Assembly (NCBI GenBank): GCA_965224465.1
Contig: OZ245049.1
Coordinates: 4,890,001-4,922,000, forward strand
Direction: 5' to 3'
DNA: 32,000 bases
DNA from: Flavobacteriaceae bacterium
GTDB lineage: Bacteria > Bacteroidota > Bacteroidia > Flavobacteriales > Flavobacteriaceae
Position 1 is the first letter of the stretch, and every line of letters starts with the position of its first letter. The notes beneath the pieces were generated by a model. That model had not been told where the DNA came from and ran no database searches. It was given only the letters and a program-made list of their open reading frames with translations. Below, in pieces: positions 1 through 8,096 of this stretch. Both the position numbers and the translations under genes were made by a program.

Positions 1-6
1 TATTTT

Positions 7-57
7 TTTTATTCGTTGCAACCAATAGGCGGGAGGTGCTCTTCCTCTAATCAGTCT
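7..57 (+). repeat. Left copy of a ~50-bp direct repeat bracketing the tandem array (partner at 5414-5465)
   Basis: TTTTATTCGTTGCAACCAATAGGCG is identical in both copies over the first 25 nt. The next ~25 nt are a diverged but alignable continuation (GgGAGgTgCTCTTCCtCTAA vs GaGAGaTaCTCTTCCgCTAA). Confidence 0.8.
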
Positions 58-78
58 CTGGTGCTGGCTATTATGGTC

Positions 79-773
79 GCACCTATGGTGCTACAAACAG
101 TTTGCTTCTACGGAGCATATTATAAGAGATAACTATGACCACATACCCCGAACAAATATTAGAAAACAACCTGCTTTCTCACTTACAAAAAAGGGCTTAC
201 AAATGTGTTGCCATAAAAGATGAAACACAAAGAAATTGCTCTTCTGGAGCAAATAAAAGTATACGTCCCAGAGGGACAAACTGTTCGTAGCAAATAAAAA
301 ATTAATAGAATATGAATCCCAGAGGGATGACCTGTTAAATTAACAAGCTGGTAAATACATATACGCAAATATACATTCAAATTGTTTTTACGGTAAAAGG
401 CAGGCAAAACCTAATGCCTAAACAAAACCGTGATGAATTGCACAAATATATTCTACCAATTAATTTCCAAGTGACGGTTTAGAAATGGAATTGTTTTTTG
501 TTTTAGCTAGGCGAAAAATGGATGGATAACCTTTGCACCTATGGTGCTACAAACAGTTTGCTCCTACGGAGCATATTATAAGAGATAACTATGACCACAT
601 AACCCGAATAAATATTAGAAAATAACCTGCTTTCTCATTTACAAAAAAGGGCTTACAAATGTGTTGTCATAAAAGATGAAACACAAACAGTTTGCTCCTA
701 CGGAGCATATTATAAGCGATAACTATGACCACATACCCCGAACAAATATTAGAAAACAACCTGCTTTCTTACT
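79..773 (+). repeat. Composite tandem repeat array, part 1 (terminal hairpin + C module, then unit 1 = A-B-C-A-C), cut on the right by the IS66 insertion
   Basis: Same module order and sequence as 3772-5170. Approximate modules: hairpin 79-94, C 95-180, A 181-230, B 231-550, C 551-636, A 637-686, C 687-773. This unit is more diverged than units 2-4. Confidence 0.9.
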
Positions 774-987
774 GTAAGCATACGGCGTCCTACATATTGC
801 ACATCTAAATGAATAGTTTTTGCTTTGTAATTCATAAAAGCAACCTATAACATGTTCAATTTATCAAGTTCCCAAAAGTTTTATTTGTACAGTGAAAGTA
901 CAGATATGCGAAAAAGTTTTGACGGTCTGAGTGGTCTTATATTGACTGCTTTTGATCAAGTACCCACAAGTAGTTCGGTTTTTATTT

Positions 988-1997
988 TATGCTTGTCCGC
1001 TAGTTTCCCTAATATTTTTGTTGTATTTTCATAAAACATAAATAATCGATATGAGATTAATTGAATTTAGTGAGCACTACCCAGATGAAGCCAGTTGTAA
1101 AGCAGCATTTAAGTCCTATCGCGAAAAAGAAGGGGTTAAGTGTAAAAAGTGTGGAGGAACTACTCATTATTGGAAAAAGAAACGAGAACAGTGGGAATGT
1201 AAAAACTGTACTCACAGAACAACGTTGAAAAGCGGTACTGTTATGCAAAGCAGTAAATTACCTTTTAAGTATTGGTTTATAGCTATGCATTTAATAACAA
1301 GCACAAAAAAATCATTTTCGGCTAAAGAGATTCAACGTCAGATAGGTCATAAAAGATATGAGCCTATTTGGGCAATGGTTCATAAGTTAAGATGCGTTAT
1401 GGGGTTAAGAGACGATGAATATCAGCTTAGTGATGAGGTTGAATTGGATGATGGGTTTTTTGAAACCGTTTCAATAACAAGAGATAAAACAGCACCTTTA
1501 AAAAGGGGGCGAGGAAGTCAAAGACAATCAATAGTATTAGTAAGTATAGAGTCTAAACTAGAATCAGAACACTATAACAGCAAGAAACACAGGGTGAATA
1601 AGAGAGTGAAATTCCTAAAGATGAAAGTAATCAGTTCTTTAAAGAAAGAAGAGGTAGCTCAAACTGTAAATCAAATGGTTGAAGGAGGTAGCAAAATAAT
1701 TTCCGATGGATCAAATAGCTTTAATGACTTGACTAAGGATTTTGAACTAGTCTCTAATGTTGTGCCAAAGAAAAATATCAATTCTATTTTACCTTGGGTT
1801 CACAAAGCAATTAGTAACGCCAAAAGGCTATTACTGGATGTCCATCATAGAATAGATGATGATTTTCTTCAAAATTACTTGAACGAGTACTGCTACAAAT
1901 TCAATAGGAGAACATTTAATAACTTATTCGACAGGCTTATGATTGCAGCGGTATCATATAGATGGAATTATCTTGGGGAAGTTAACGGATAAGCATA
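988..1997 (+). mobile_element. IS1595-family (ISXO2-like) insertion sequence nested inside IS66 tnpB
   Basis: Terminal inverted repeats are TATGCTTGTCCG (988-) and TATGCTTATCCG (reverse complement of the 1997 end). An 8-bp direct duplication TTTTATTT lies at 980-987 and 1998-2005. There is a single transposase ORF. Ends are accurate to about 1-2 nt. Confidence 0.8.
1051..1992 (+). CDS. IS1595-family transposase (N-terminal zinc ribbon + ISXO2-like DDE domain)
   Basis: 313-aa ORF. It has a CKKCGG...CKNC zinc-ribbon motif and the HLITSTKKSFSAKEIQRQIG helix typical of ISXO2-like transposases. It fills the element bounded by the IRs/TSD. Confidence 0.88.
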   Translation: MRLIEFSEHYPDEASCKAAFKSYREKEGVKCKKCGGTTHYWKKKREQWECKNCTHRTTLKSGTVMQSSKLPFKYWFIAMHLITSTKKSFSAKEIQRQIGHKRYEPIWAMVHKLRCVMGLRDDEYQLSDEVELDDGFFETVSITRDKTAPLKRGRGSQRQSIVLVSIESKLESEHYNSKKHRVNKRVKFLKMKVISSLKKEEVAQTVNQMVEGGSKIISDGSNSFNDLTKDFELVSNVVPKKNINSILPWVHKAISNAKRLLLDVHHRIDDDFLQNYLNEYCYKFNRRTFNNLFDRLMIAAVSYRWNYLGEVNG

Positions 1998-2279
1998 TTT
2001 TATTTTCATAAATAAGCGGCGAAACAAAATGAAATTATTACATTGGGCAGGAGGAGGGTTTGTTCTTTATTACAAACGATTAGAAGAAGGTACATTTGAA
2101 CTTTCTGAATATGATATTGACACAAGTTTGATTATTTTAGACTACACTAGTACAGTTATGTTAATTGATGGAATTAGTATTTTAAACATCAAAAAAAGAA
2201 AGAGATTTTAACAGGTAACTCCTTGGTATTACTTGGTTTTAATAGTGATATTTCAGCTTAAAAAGCGTATCTTTCTACT

Positions 2280-3743
2280 ATGGATAGAACGCTTGAGGTG
2301 GAATATGTTTCAAAAGAAAAGTACGATAAAGTTTGCTCTGACAACGCAGATTTAAAGTTTCAATTAGATCAGTTACAACGAGCTCTTTTTGGAAGGAAAA
2401 CGGAACGTTTTATCCCTAGTATTGATGCGCAAATAGATTTATTTACAGGGACTTCTGCATGCGATCAAGTAGAAGAAAAAGAAAAAACGATTACATATAC
2501 TAGAAAGCTCAATAAGAAAGAAAAGAAGAAGCCAATTCGTATGATTTTACCTGCTCACTTACCTAGAGTAACGGAGATTATAGAACCCCTAGATAAAGAA
2601 CATGGCGCAAAGAAAATAGGAGAAGAGATTACAGAAATATTGGAGTACAATCCCGCAAATATCTATGTACGTCAGATTATAAGACCAAAATATGCGTATA
2701 AACAAGGGGTTTTAATTGCAGATTTACCCAGTCTCCCTATTCCAAGATCTAATGCAGGGGCAGGAATGTTAGCTTATGTTTGTGTTTCAAAATTTATAGA
2801 TCATCTACCTTTTTACAGACAAATTCAAATTCTAAAGCGCCAAAACTTAATAATTAGCGCTTCTACTATGGGAGATTGGTTTAACGGAACTTGTAAATTG
2901 ATACGTCCTCTTTTTGAAGCCTTAGAATCTCAAGTTTTAGAAAATACAGATTATTTACAAGCAGATGAATCACCTATAAAAGTACAGGATAGTCATAAAG
3001 TAAAGGCTTTACATCAAGGTTATATGTGGCTTTTCAGAAATCCACAAAACAAGCTTGTACTATTTAAGTATGATCAAGGACGTAGCCGTAAACTTCCAGA
3101 ACGCGTTTTATCAAACTTTACAGGAATCTTACAGACGGATGGCTACAAAGTTTACCAAATACTTCAAACAAAAGGAGAAATAACACTTTTGGGCTGTATG
3201 GCACATGCAAGAAGGTATTTTGAGAAAGCCCTAGATAACGATAAAGATAGAGCTGGTCACGTTTTAAAACAAATACAACTCCTATATCAGATTGAAGAAA
3301 AAGCTAGAGATAGGAAAGTAGAAGTGGGCATTCTAAAAAGGTATAGACAATTATATGCTGTACCTATTTTGGATGCATTAAAAATATGGTTAGAAGAAAA
3401 TAGTTATAAAGTATTACCTAAAAGCGCAATAGGTAAGGCAATAGCCTATACCATGAATATTTATGAAAATCTAAATAGATACGTCTTGGATGGCAAATTT
3501 GAGATAGACAATAACAATATAGAAAATGCGGTCAGGCCATTAGCTTTAGGTCGTAAAAATTACTTATTTGCAGGTTCTCACAATGCTGCAGAAAATATTG
3601 CAATGATGTATTCCTTTTTTGCTTCCTGCAAAGCTTATGGTATTAATCCTTATACTTGGCTTGAAAATGTATTGGACAGAATCCAAGAACATAAAGCAAA
3701 TAAACTATATGAACTTCTTCCTGGTAATTGGAAAAACGTATAA
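2280..3743 (+). CDS. tnpC: IS66-family transposase TnpC
   Basis: 487-aa ORF. N-terminal coiled-coil/leucine-zipper region (LKFQLDQLQRALFGRKTERF), DDE core (LQADESPIKV, LQTDGYKVY) and C-terminal NNIENAVRPLALGRKNYLFAGS motif are characteristic of IS66 TnpC. Confidence 0.93.
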   Translation: MDRTLEVEYVSKEKYDKVCSDNADLKFQLDQLQRALFGRKTERFIPSIDAQIDLFTGTSACDQVEEKEKTITYTRKLNKKEKKKPIRMILPAHLPRVTEIIEPLDKEHGAKKIGEEITEILEYNPANIYVRQIIRPKYAYKQGVLIADLPSLPIPRSNAGAGMLAYVCVSKFIDHLPFYRQIQILKRQNLIISASTMGDWFNGTCKLIRPLFEALESQVLENTDYLQADESPIKVQDSHKVKALHQGYMWLFRNPQNKLVLFKYDQGRSRKLPERVLSNFTGILQTDGYKVYQILQTKGEITLLGCMAHARRYFEKALDNDKDRAGHVLKQIQLLYQIEEKARDRKVEVGILKRYRQLYAVPILDALKIWLEENSYKVLPKSAIGKAIAYTMNIYENLNRYVLDGKFEIDNNNIENAVRPLALGRKNYLFAGSHNAAENIAMMYSFFASCKAYGINPYTWLENVLDRIQEHKANKLYELLPGNWKNV

Positions 3744-3771
3744 ACATAGATGTACTTGACCGCATGCTTAC

Positions 3772-5170
3772 TTCTTACTTACAAAAAATGGGGTACAAAA
3801 GTGTTGTCATAAAAGATGAAACACAAATAAATTGCTCTTCTGGAGCAAATAAAAGTAGAAGTCCCAGAGGGACAAACTGTTCGTAGCAAATAAAAAATTA
3901 ATAGAATAAGAATCCCAGAGGGATGACCTGTTAAATTAACAAGAAGGCAAATACATGTATGCAAATATACATTCAAATTGTTTTTACGTTAAAAGGCAGG
4001 CAAAACCTAATGCCTAAACAAAACCGTGATGAATTGCACAAATATATTCTACCAATTAATTTCCAAGTGACGGTTTAGAAATGGAATTGTTTTTTGTTTT
4101 AGCTAGGCGAAAAATGGATGGATAACCTTTGCACCTATGGTGCTACAAACAGTTTGCTCCTACGGAGCATATTATAAGCGATAACTATGACCACATAACT
4201 CGAATAAATATTAGAAAACAACCTGCTTTCTCACTTACAAAAAATGGGTTACAAAAGTATTGTCATAAAAGATGAAACACAAACAGTTTGCTCCTACGGA
4301 GCATATTATAAGCGATAACTATGACCACATAATTCGAACAAATATTAGAAAACAACCTACTTTCTTACTTACAAAAAAGGGGCTACAAAAGAGTTGTCAT
4401 AAAAGATGAAACACAAACAAATTGTTCTTCTGGAGCAAATAAAAGTAGAAGTCCCAGAGGGACAAACTGTTCGTAGCAAATAAAAAATTAATAGAATAAG
4501 AATCCCAGAGGGATGACCTGTTAAATTAACAAGAAGGCAAATACATGTATGCAAATATACATTCAAATTGTTTTTACGTTAAAAGGCAGGCAAAACCTAA
4601 TGCCTAAACAAAACCGTGATGAATTGCACAAATATATTCTACCAATTAATTTTCCAAGTGACGGTTTAGAAATGGTTTTTTTTAGCTAGGCGAAAAATGG
4701 ATGGATAACCTTTGCACCTATGGTGCTACAAACAGTTTGCTCCTACGGAGCATATTATAAGAGATAACTATGACCACATAACTCGAACAAATATTAGAAA
4801 ACAACCTGCTTTCTCACTTACAAAAAATGGGTTACAAAAGTATTGTCATAAAAGATGAAACACAAACAGTTTGCTCCTACGGAGCATATTATAAGCGATA
4901 ACTATGACCACATAACCCGAATAAATATTAGAAAACAACCTACTTTCTTACTTACAAAAAAGGGGCTACAAAAGAGTTGTCATAAAAGATGAAACACAAA
5001 CAAATTGTTCTTCTGGAGCAAATAAAAGTAGAAGTCCCAGAGGGACAAACTGTTCGTAGCAAATAAAAAATTAATAGAATAAGAATCCCAGAGGGATGAC
5101 CTGTTAAATTAACAAGAAGGCAAATACATGTATGCAAATATACATTCAAATTGTTTTTACGTTAAAAGGC
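3772..5170 (+). repeat. Composite tandem repeat array, part 2 (rest of unit 1 junction, units 2 and 3 complete, unit 4 truncated inside module B)
   Basis: Period is 590 bp (3779->4369), then 583 bp (4369->4952). The spurious 65-aa minus-strand ORFs at 4369-4566 and 4952-5149 are 100% identical. Unit 2 modules: A 3777-3827, B 3828-4146, C 4147-4232, A 4233-4280, C 4281-4366. The array ends abruptly at ...TTAAAAGGCA/TAGCGCCC (5170/5171). Confidence 0.93.
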
Positions 5171-5413
5171 ATAGCGCCCAGCATAAACATTCTATTGCAG
5201 ATGCCAACTCAAAACAGGATACTATGGGGATTACGCGTAATTAATTAAGAGGCTAGCGACAAATACCTTAATAGATATCACTTGTTTTAGGTTATTTGTT
5301 AATGAATTGATTTGTACGATTTTTAGATACGAATAAGTATTGGTCAGTAGCGTTTTGGTATTCGTTTCCCATTACGTGACTACGTTTTTTTTTGTTCGCA
5401 TATTTGTACATGC

Positions 5414-5465
5414 TTTTATTCGTTGCAACCAATAGGCGAGAGATACTCTTCCGCTAAGCAGATAG
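5414..5465 (+). repeat. Right copy of the ~50-bp direct repeat bracketing the array (partner at 7-57)
   Basis: TTTTATTCGTTGCAACCAATAGGCGAGAGATACTCTTCCGCTAAGCAG aligns to 7-57. Confidence 0.8.
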
Positions 5466-5497
5466 ACTGCTTTGAGTTTCCCTGTCTTATACCAAAA

Positions 5498-5636
5498 ACA
5501 GCTCCAAATGACAGATGTAAATAGTTTGTTTTCCGTCGTTAAAAAACCGAAAGATAGCTAAGGCTATCCTTCAGTTTACCGTCTATAAAAAAAACAAAAA
5601 ATAATTCCATTTCTAAACCTTCACTTGGAAATGTAT
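5498..5636 (-). repeat. Dispersed ~150-bp intergenic element, full-length copy in inverted orientation
   Basis: The reverse complement reads ATACATTTCCAAGTGAAGGTTTAGAAATGGAATTATTTTTTG...GGATAGCCTTAGCTATC...CTATTTACATCTGTCATTTGGAGCTGT. It is colinear with 11214-11363 and 26598-26747. Confidence 0.8.
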
Positions 5637-5840
5637 TAAGTATCATTATCGAATGCAGCGTAATTGCATTGGTTTTGCCTATGTATTTTTTTGTTTTAGT
5701 AATGTCACCCTTTGATAATACCAATTATAAGTATACAAATGTAGTCTGTTAAGTTTCTCTCGTTATGCTATAATTAAAAGATGTTATAAGAATGTATAAT
5801 TGTATAAATACCGTACCTTTCACTATTAAATATTAAGTTT

Positions 5841-6689
5841 ATGAAAAAGTATAGAATTCAAGAAACCATAAAAATTGAGCAATTAGACACAAGAGAAGAA
5901 ATTAAAAAAGCAGAAAAAAAGTTAGTTAAGATTCGAAAGAAAATCAGTAAGCTACAGGATGTTATGTACGCTCAGGGGAAATATTCTGTATTATTATGTT
6001 TACAAGGGATGGATACTTCGGGAAAAGACAGTTTAATTCGTGAAGTTTTTAAGGAGTTTAACGCTAGTGGGATACATGTTCACAGTTTTAAGAGTCCAAG
6101 CAAAAAAGAATTGAAACACGATTATATGTGGCGTCATTATCAGAAATTACCGCAACGTGGTAAGTTTTCTATATTCAATAGAACGCATTATGAAAATGTA
6201 TTGATTACACGTGTTAGACCCGAATATATTGTAGGAGAGAAAATCCCTGGTTTAGATGATGTTTCTAAAGTGGATGATTCATTGTATTTTGATCGTATGA
6301 AATCTATGGTTAATTTTGAGAACCATATTGTTGATAATGGAACTATTGTAATTAAAATATTTTTACATTTGTCTAAAGACGAACAAAAATTACGTTTGTT
6401 ACGTAGGTTAAACATTAAAGAAAAGAATTGGAAATTTGAGCCAGGTGATTTAAAAGAGCGTAAACGATGGGATGATTATCAATCTTGTTATGAGGATATT
6501 TTGAATCATACTTCTACAGAAAAAGCACCTTGGTATGTTGTTCCTGCAGATGATAAACCTTCGTCTCGTTTAATTGTTGCTAGGATTATTTTAGATATTC
6601 TTAAAAATTATCATTTCGAATACCCTAAATTACCACAAAAATACAACGATGAGATTGAGAATTACAAAAAAGAATTGTTACAGGAATAA
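5841..6689 (+). CDS. ppk2: Polyphosphate kinase 2 family protein (polyphosphate:nucleotide phosphotransferase)
   Basis: 282 aa. Walker-A-like GMDTSGKD, then the FNRSHYE-like FNRTHYENVL, and WYVVPADDK near the C-terminus. Single-domain PPK2 architecture. Confidence 0.85.
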   Translation: MKKYRIQETIKIEQLDTREEIKKAEKKLVKIRKKISKLQDVMYAQGKYSVLLCLQGMDTSGKDSLIREVFKEFNASGIHVHSFKSPSKKELKHDYMWRHYQKLPQRGKFSIFNRTHYENVLITRVRPEYIVGEKIPGLDDVSKVDDSLYFDRMKSMVNFENHIVDNGTIVIKIFLHLSKDEQKLRLLRRLNIKEKNWKFEPGDLKERKRWDDYQSCYEDILNHTSTEKAPWYVVPADDKPSSRLIVARIILDILKNYHFEYPKLPQKYNDEIENYKKELLQE

Positions 6690-6749
6690 ATTAAGAATCC
6701 ACTCCGTTATTCGATATCAATCGAGTATATTTACAGTATAAATTTGATC

Positions 6750-7526
6750 ATGGAATTAAAATTACATAAACCAATCGTGTTTTTTGACTTAGAAACGACT
6801 GGGATTAATATTGCAAAAGATAGAATTGTTGAGATATCTATTTTGAAAATATTTCCAAACGGAAATAAGGAAAGTAAAACTTGGTTGGTAAACCCAGAAA
6901 TGCCGATTCCGAAAGAATCATCAGAAATTCATCATATAACTGATGAAAAAGTAATGAATGAACCTACTTTTAAACAATTAGCAGCCGAGGTTAGTTCTTT
7001 GATTAAAGATTGTGATTTGGCGGGGTTTAATTCTAATAGATTTGACATTCCGTTATTAGCTGAAGAAATGCTTCGTGCCGATATTGATTTTGACATGAAA
7101 AATCGTGTCGCTATTGATGTACAGGTTATTTTTCATAAAAAAGAGCAACGAACGCTATCGGCAGGGTATCAGTTTTATTGTGGGCAAGATTTGGAAGGAG
7201 CGCATTCTGCAGAAGCGGATACAAATGCTACCTACGAGATTTTATTGGCACAATTAGATAAATATACAGATTTAGAGAACGATGTAAAAAGCTTAAGTGA
7301 ATTTTCTACGCATAACAAACGCGCCGATTTTGCTGGATTCATTATGTTTAATGATAAAGATAAAGAAATTTTTACCTTTGGTAAATATAAAGGAAAAGAA
7401 GTAGAGTCTATTTTAGCAAAAGATCAAGGTTACTATGCTTGGATTCAGAAATCTGATTTCCCGTTGTATACAAAAAAAGTACTAACTGCGATTAAATTGC
7501 GTAGTTTTAATAATAAATTAGGTTAA
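6750..7526 (+). CDS. DEDDh 3'-5' exonuclease (DnaQ/DNA pol III epsilon-like domain) with C-terminal extension
   Basis: Exo motifs FFDLETTG (I), NSNRFDIPLL (II) and HSAEADT (III). The ORF track starts at TTG 6744; the ATG at 6750 (MELKL) is the more likely start. Confidence 0.85.
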   Translation: MELKLHKPIVFFDLETTGINIAKDRIVEISILKIFPNGNKESKTWLVNPEMPIPKESSEIHHITDEKVMNEPTFKQLAAEVSSLIKDCDLAGFNSNRFDIPLLAEEMLRADIDFDMKNRVAIDVQVIFHKKEQRTLSAGYQFYCGQDLEGAHSAEADTNATYEILLAQLDKYTDLENDVKSLSEFSTHNKRADFAGFIMFNDKDKEIFTFGKYKGKEVESILAKDQGYYAWIQKSDFPLYTKKVLTAIKLRSFNNKLG

Positions 7527-7528
7527 TT

Positions 7529-8014
7529 ATGGTGTTGGAATTTAATGAATTGCCAGGTAATTCTCGTGTGTGGGTTTACCAATCTAGTAGGGCATTTACA
7601 AATGAAGAGGTAGTGCGTATTGAGGCTAAAATGCTTGTTTTTCTTAAAGGATGGACAAGACATGGTGATGCCTTAAATGCCGCGGCAATGGTGAAATATA
7701 ATCAATTTATCGTTTTAGGAATAGATGAGAATGCAACATCTGCTTCTGGTTGCTCTATAGATGCATCTGTCTTTTTTATAAAAGAAATAGAAAAGGAACT
7801 TCAAGTAGTATTATTAGATCGAATGCAAACTGCTTATAAAGATAATGAATCCATTAACGTAGTTAGCCTTCCAGAGTTCCATGCTTTGGTCAAAGAAAAT
7901 AAGATTGATAAAGACACACTTGTCTTTAACAATATAGTGAGTACTAAATCTGAGTTTGAATCTCAATGGGAGATTCCTGCAAAGTTAAGTTGGCACAAGC
8001 GCTACTTTAACTAA
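7529..8014 (+). CDS. Conserved hypothetical protein (161 aa), probably translationally coupled to the exonuclease gene
   Basis: Clean ORF starting 2 nt after the upstream stop. I recognise no motif. Confidence 0.55.
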   Translation: MVLEFNELPGNSRVWVYQSSRAFTNEEVVRIEAKMLVFLKGWTRHGDALNAAAMVKYNQFIVLGIDENATSASGCSIDASVFFIKEIEKELQVVLLDRMQTAYKDNESINVVSLPEFHALVKENKIDKDTLVFNNIVSTKSEFESQWEIPAKLSWHKRYFN

Positions 8015-8096
8015 GTCCCTTTTTTTATTGAATACTTCTATTTTGAATTGTTTATGGTATCGTTATTATAATATTCCCCCTTATTAAAATATTTAC

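Larger units (their letters stand above)
852..2211 (+). pseudogene. tnpB: IS66 accessory protein TnpB, split by the IS1595-family insertion (fragments 852-987 and 1998-2211)
   Basis: The two 60-aa ORFs (852-1034, 2029-2211) are the N and C halves of one IS66 TnpB (DMRKSFDGLSGL ... KLLHWAGGGFVLYYKRLEEGTF). Deleting 988-1997 plus one TSD copy restores the in-frame junction ...SSVFIFINKRRNKMKLLHW.... Confidence 0.88.
774..3771 (+). mobile_element. IS66-family insertion sequence (tnpB + tnpC, no tnpA seen), carrying a nested IS
   Basis: Imperfect terminal inverted repeats start with GTAAGCAT (774- GTAAGCATACGGCGTCCTACAT; reverse complement of the 3771 end GTAAGCATGCGGTCAAGTACAT). A perfect 8-bp target duplication TTCTTACT lies at 766-773 and 3772-3779. 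Removing the element restores the repeat consensus ...CTTTCTTACTTACAAAAAA.... It encodes IS66-type TnpB and TnpC. Confidence 0.92.

Noticed and set aside
183-407. 74-aa minus-strand ORF and its 65-aa copies at 3779-3976, 4369-4566 and 4952-5149 (hydrophobic, Cys-rich), possibly tandem small membrane peptides or type I toxins
   Set aside because: They lie wholly within array modules A and B. The internal repeats GHPSG and CPSG are just translations of the two CCCAGAGGG hairpins. Unit 1 differs from units 2-4 mostly by non-synonymous changes and has a different N-terminus. The T-rich strand of AT-rich DNA automatically encodes F/L/I-rich peptides. I kept this only as a low-probability alternative under the array finding.
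852-1034. Two separate 60-aa genes (852-1034 and 2029-2211)
   Set aside because: They are the two halves of a single IS66 tnpB split by the nested IS. The tails of each ORF (after residue ~45 of the first, before KLLHW of the second) are read-through into or out of the inserted element.
4272-4409. Plus-strand 45-aa basic ORFs (MKHKQFAPTEHIISDNYDHI...CHKR) spanning C+A modules and chained by ATGA stop/start overlaps (e.g. 4129/4147-4275, 4272-4409, then a 25-aa ORF 4406-4483)
   Set aside because: The frame is interrupted by TAA in the unit 1 copy (AGA AAA TAA at about 618-626). Differences between copies are predominantly non-synonymous. I see no ribosome-binding context. The periodic ATGA simply follows from the repeat. 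Ribosome profiling would settle it.
79-5170. CRISPR array interpretation of the regular repeats
   Set aside because: There are no unique spacers. Every segment between 'repeats' is itself repeated. The periods (134 and ~590 bp) are far from CRISPR geometry, and no cas genes are present in the window. The GTTTTAGCTAGG string resembles the start of some type II repeats only by chance.
5539-5724. 61-aa minus-strand ORF
   Set aside because: It overlaps the inverted dispersed element copy and AT-rich intergenic DNA. It has no conserved features and is most likely spurious.
5171-5840. Possible tRNA, tmRNA or other known RNA gene in the 670-bp gap before ppk2
   Set aside because: I found no T-loop (GGTTCGAAT-like) or acceptor-stem pairing. 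Only a 7-bp inverted repeat (ACGAATA...TATTCGT at about 5331-5368) and the repeat copies are present.
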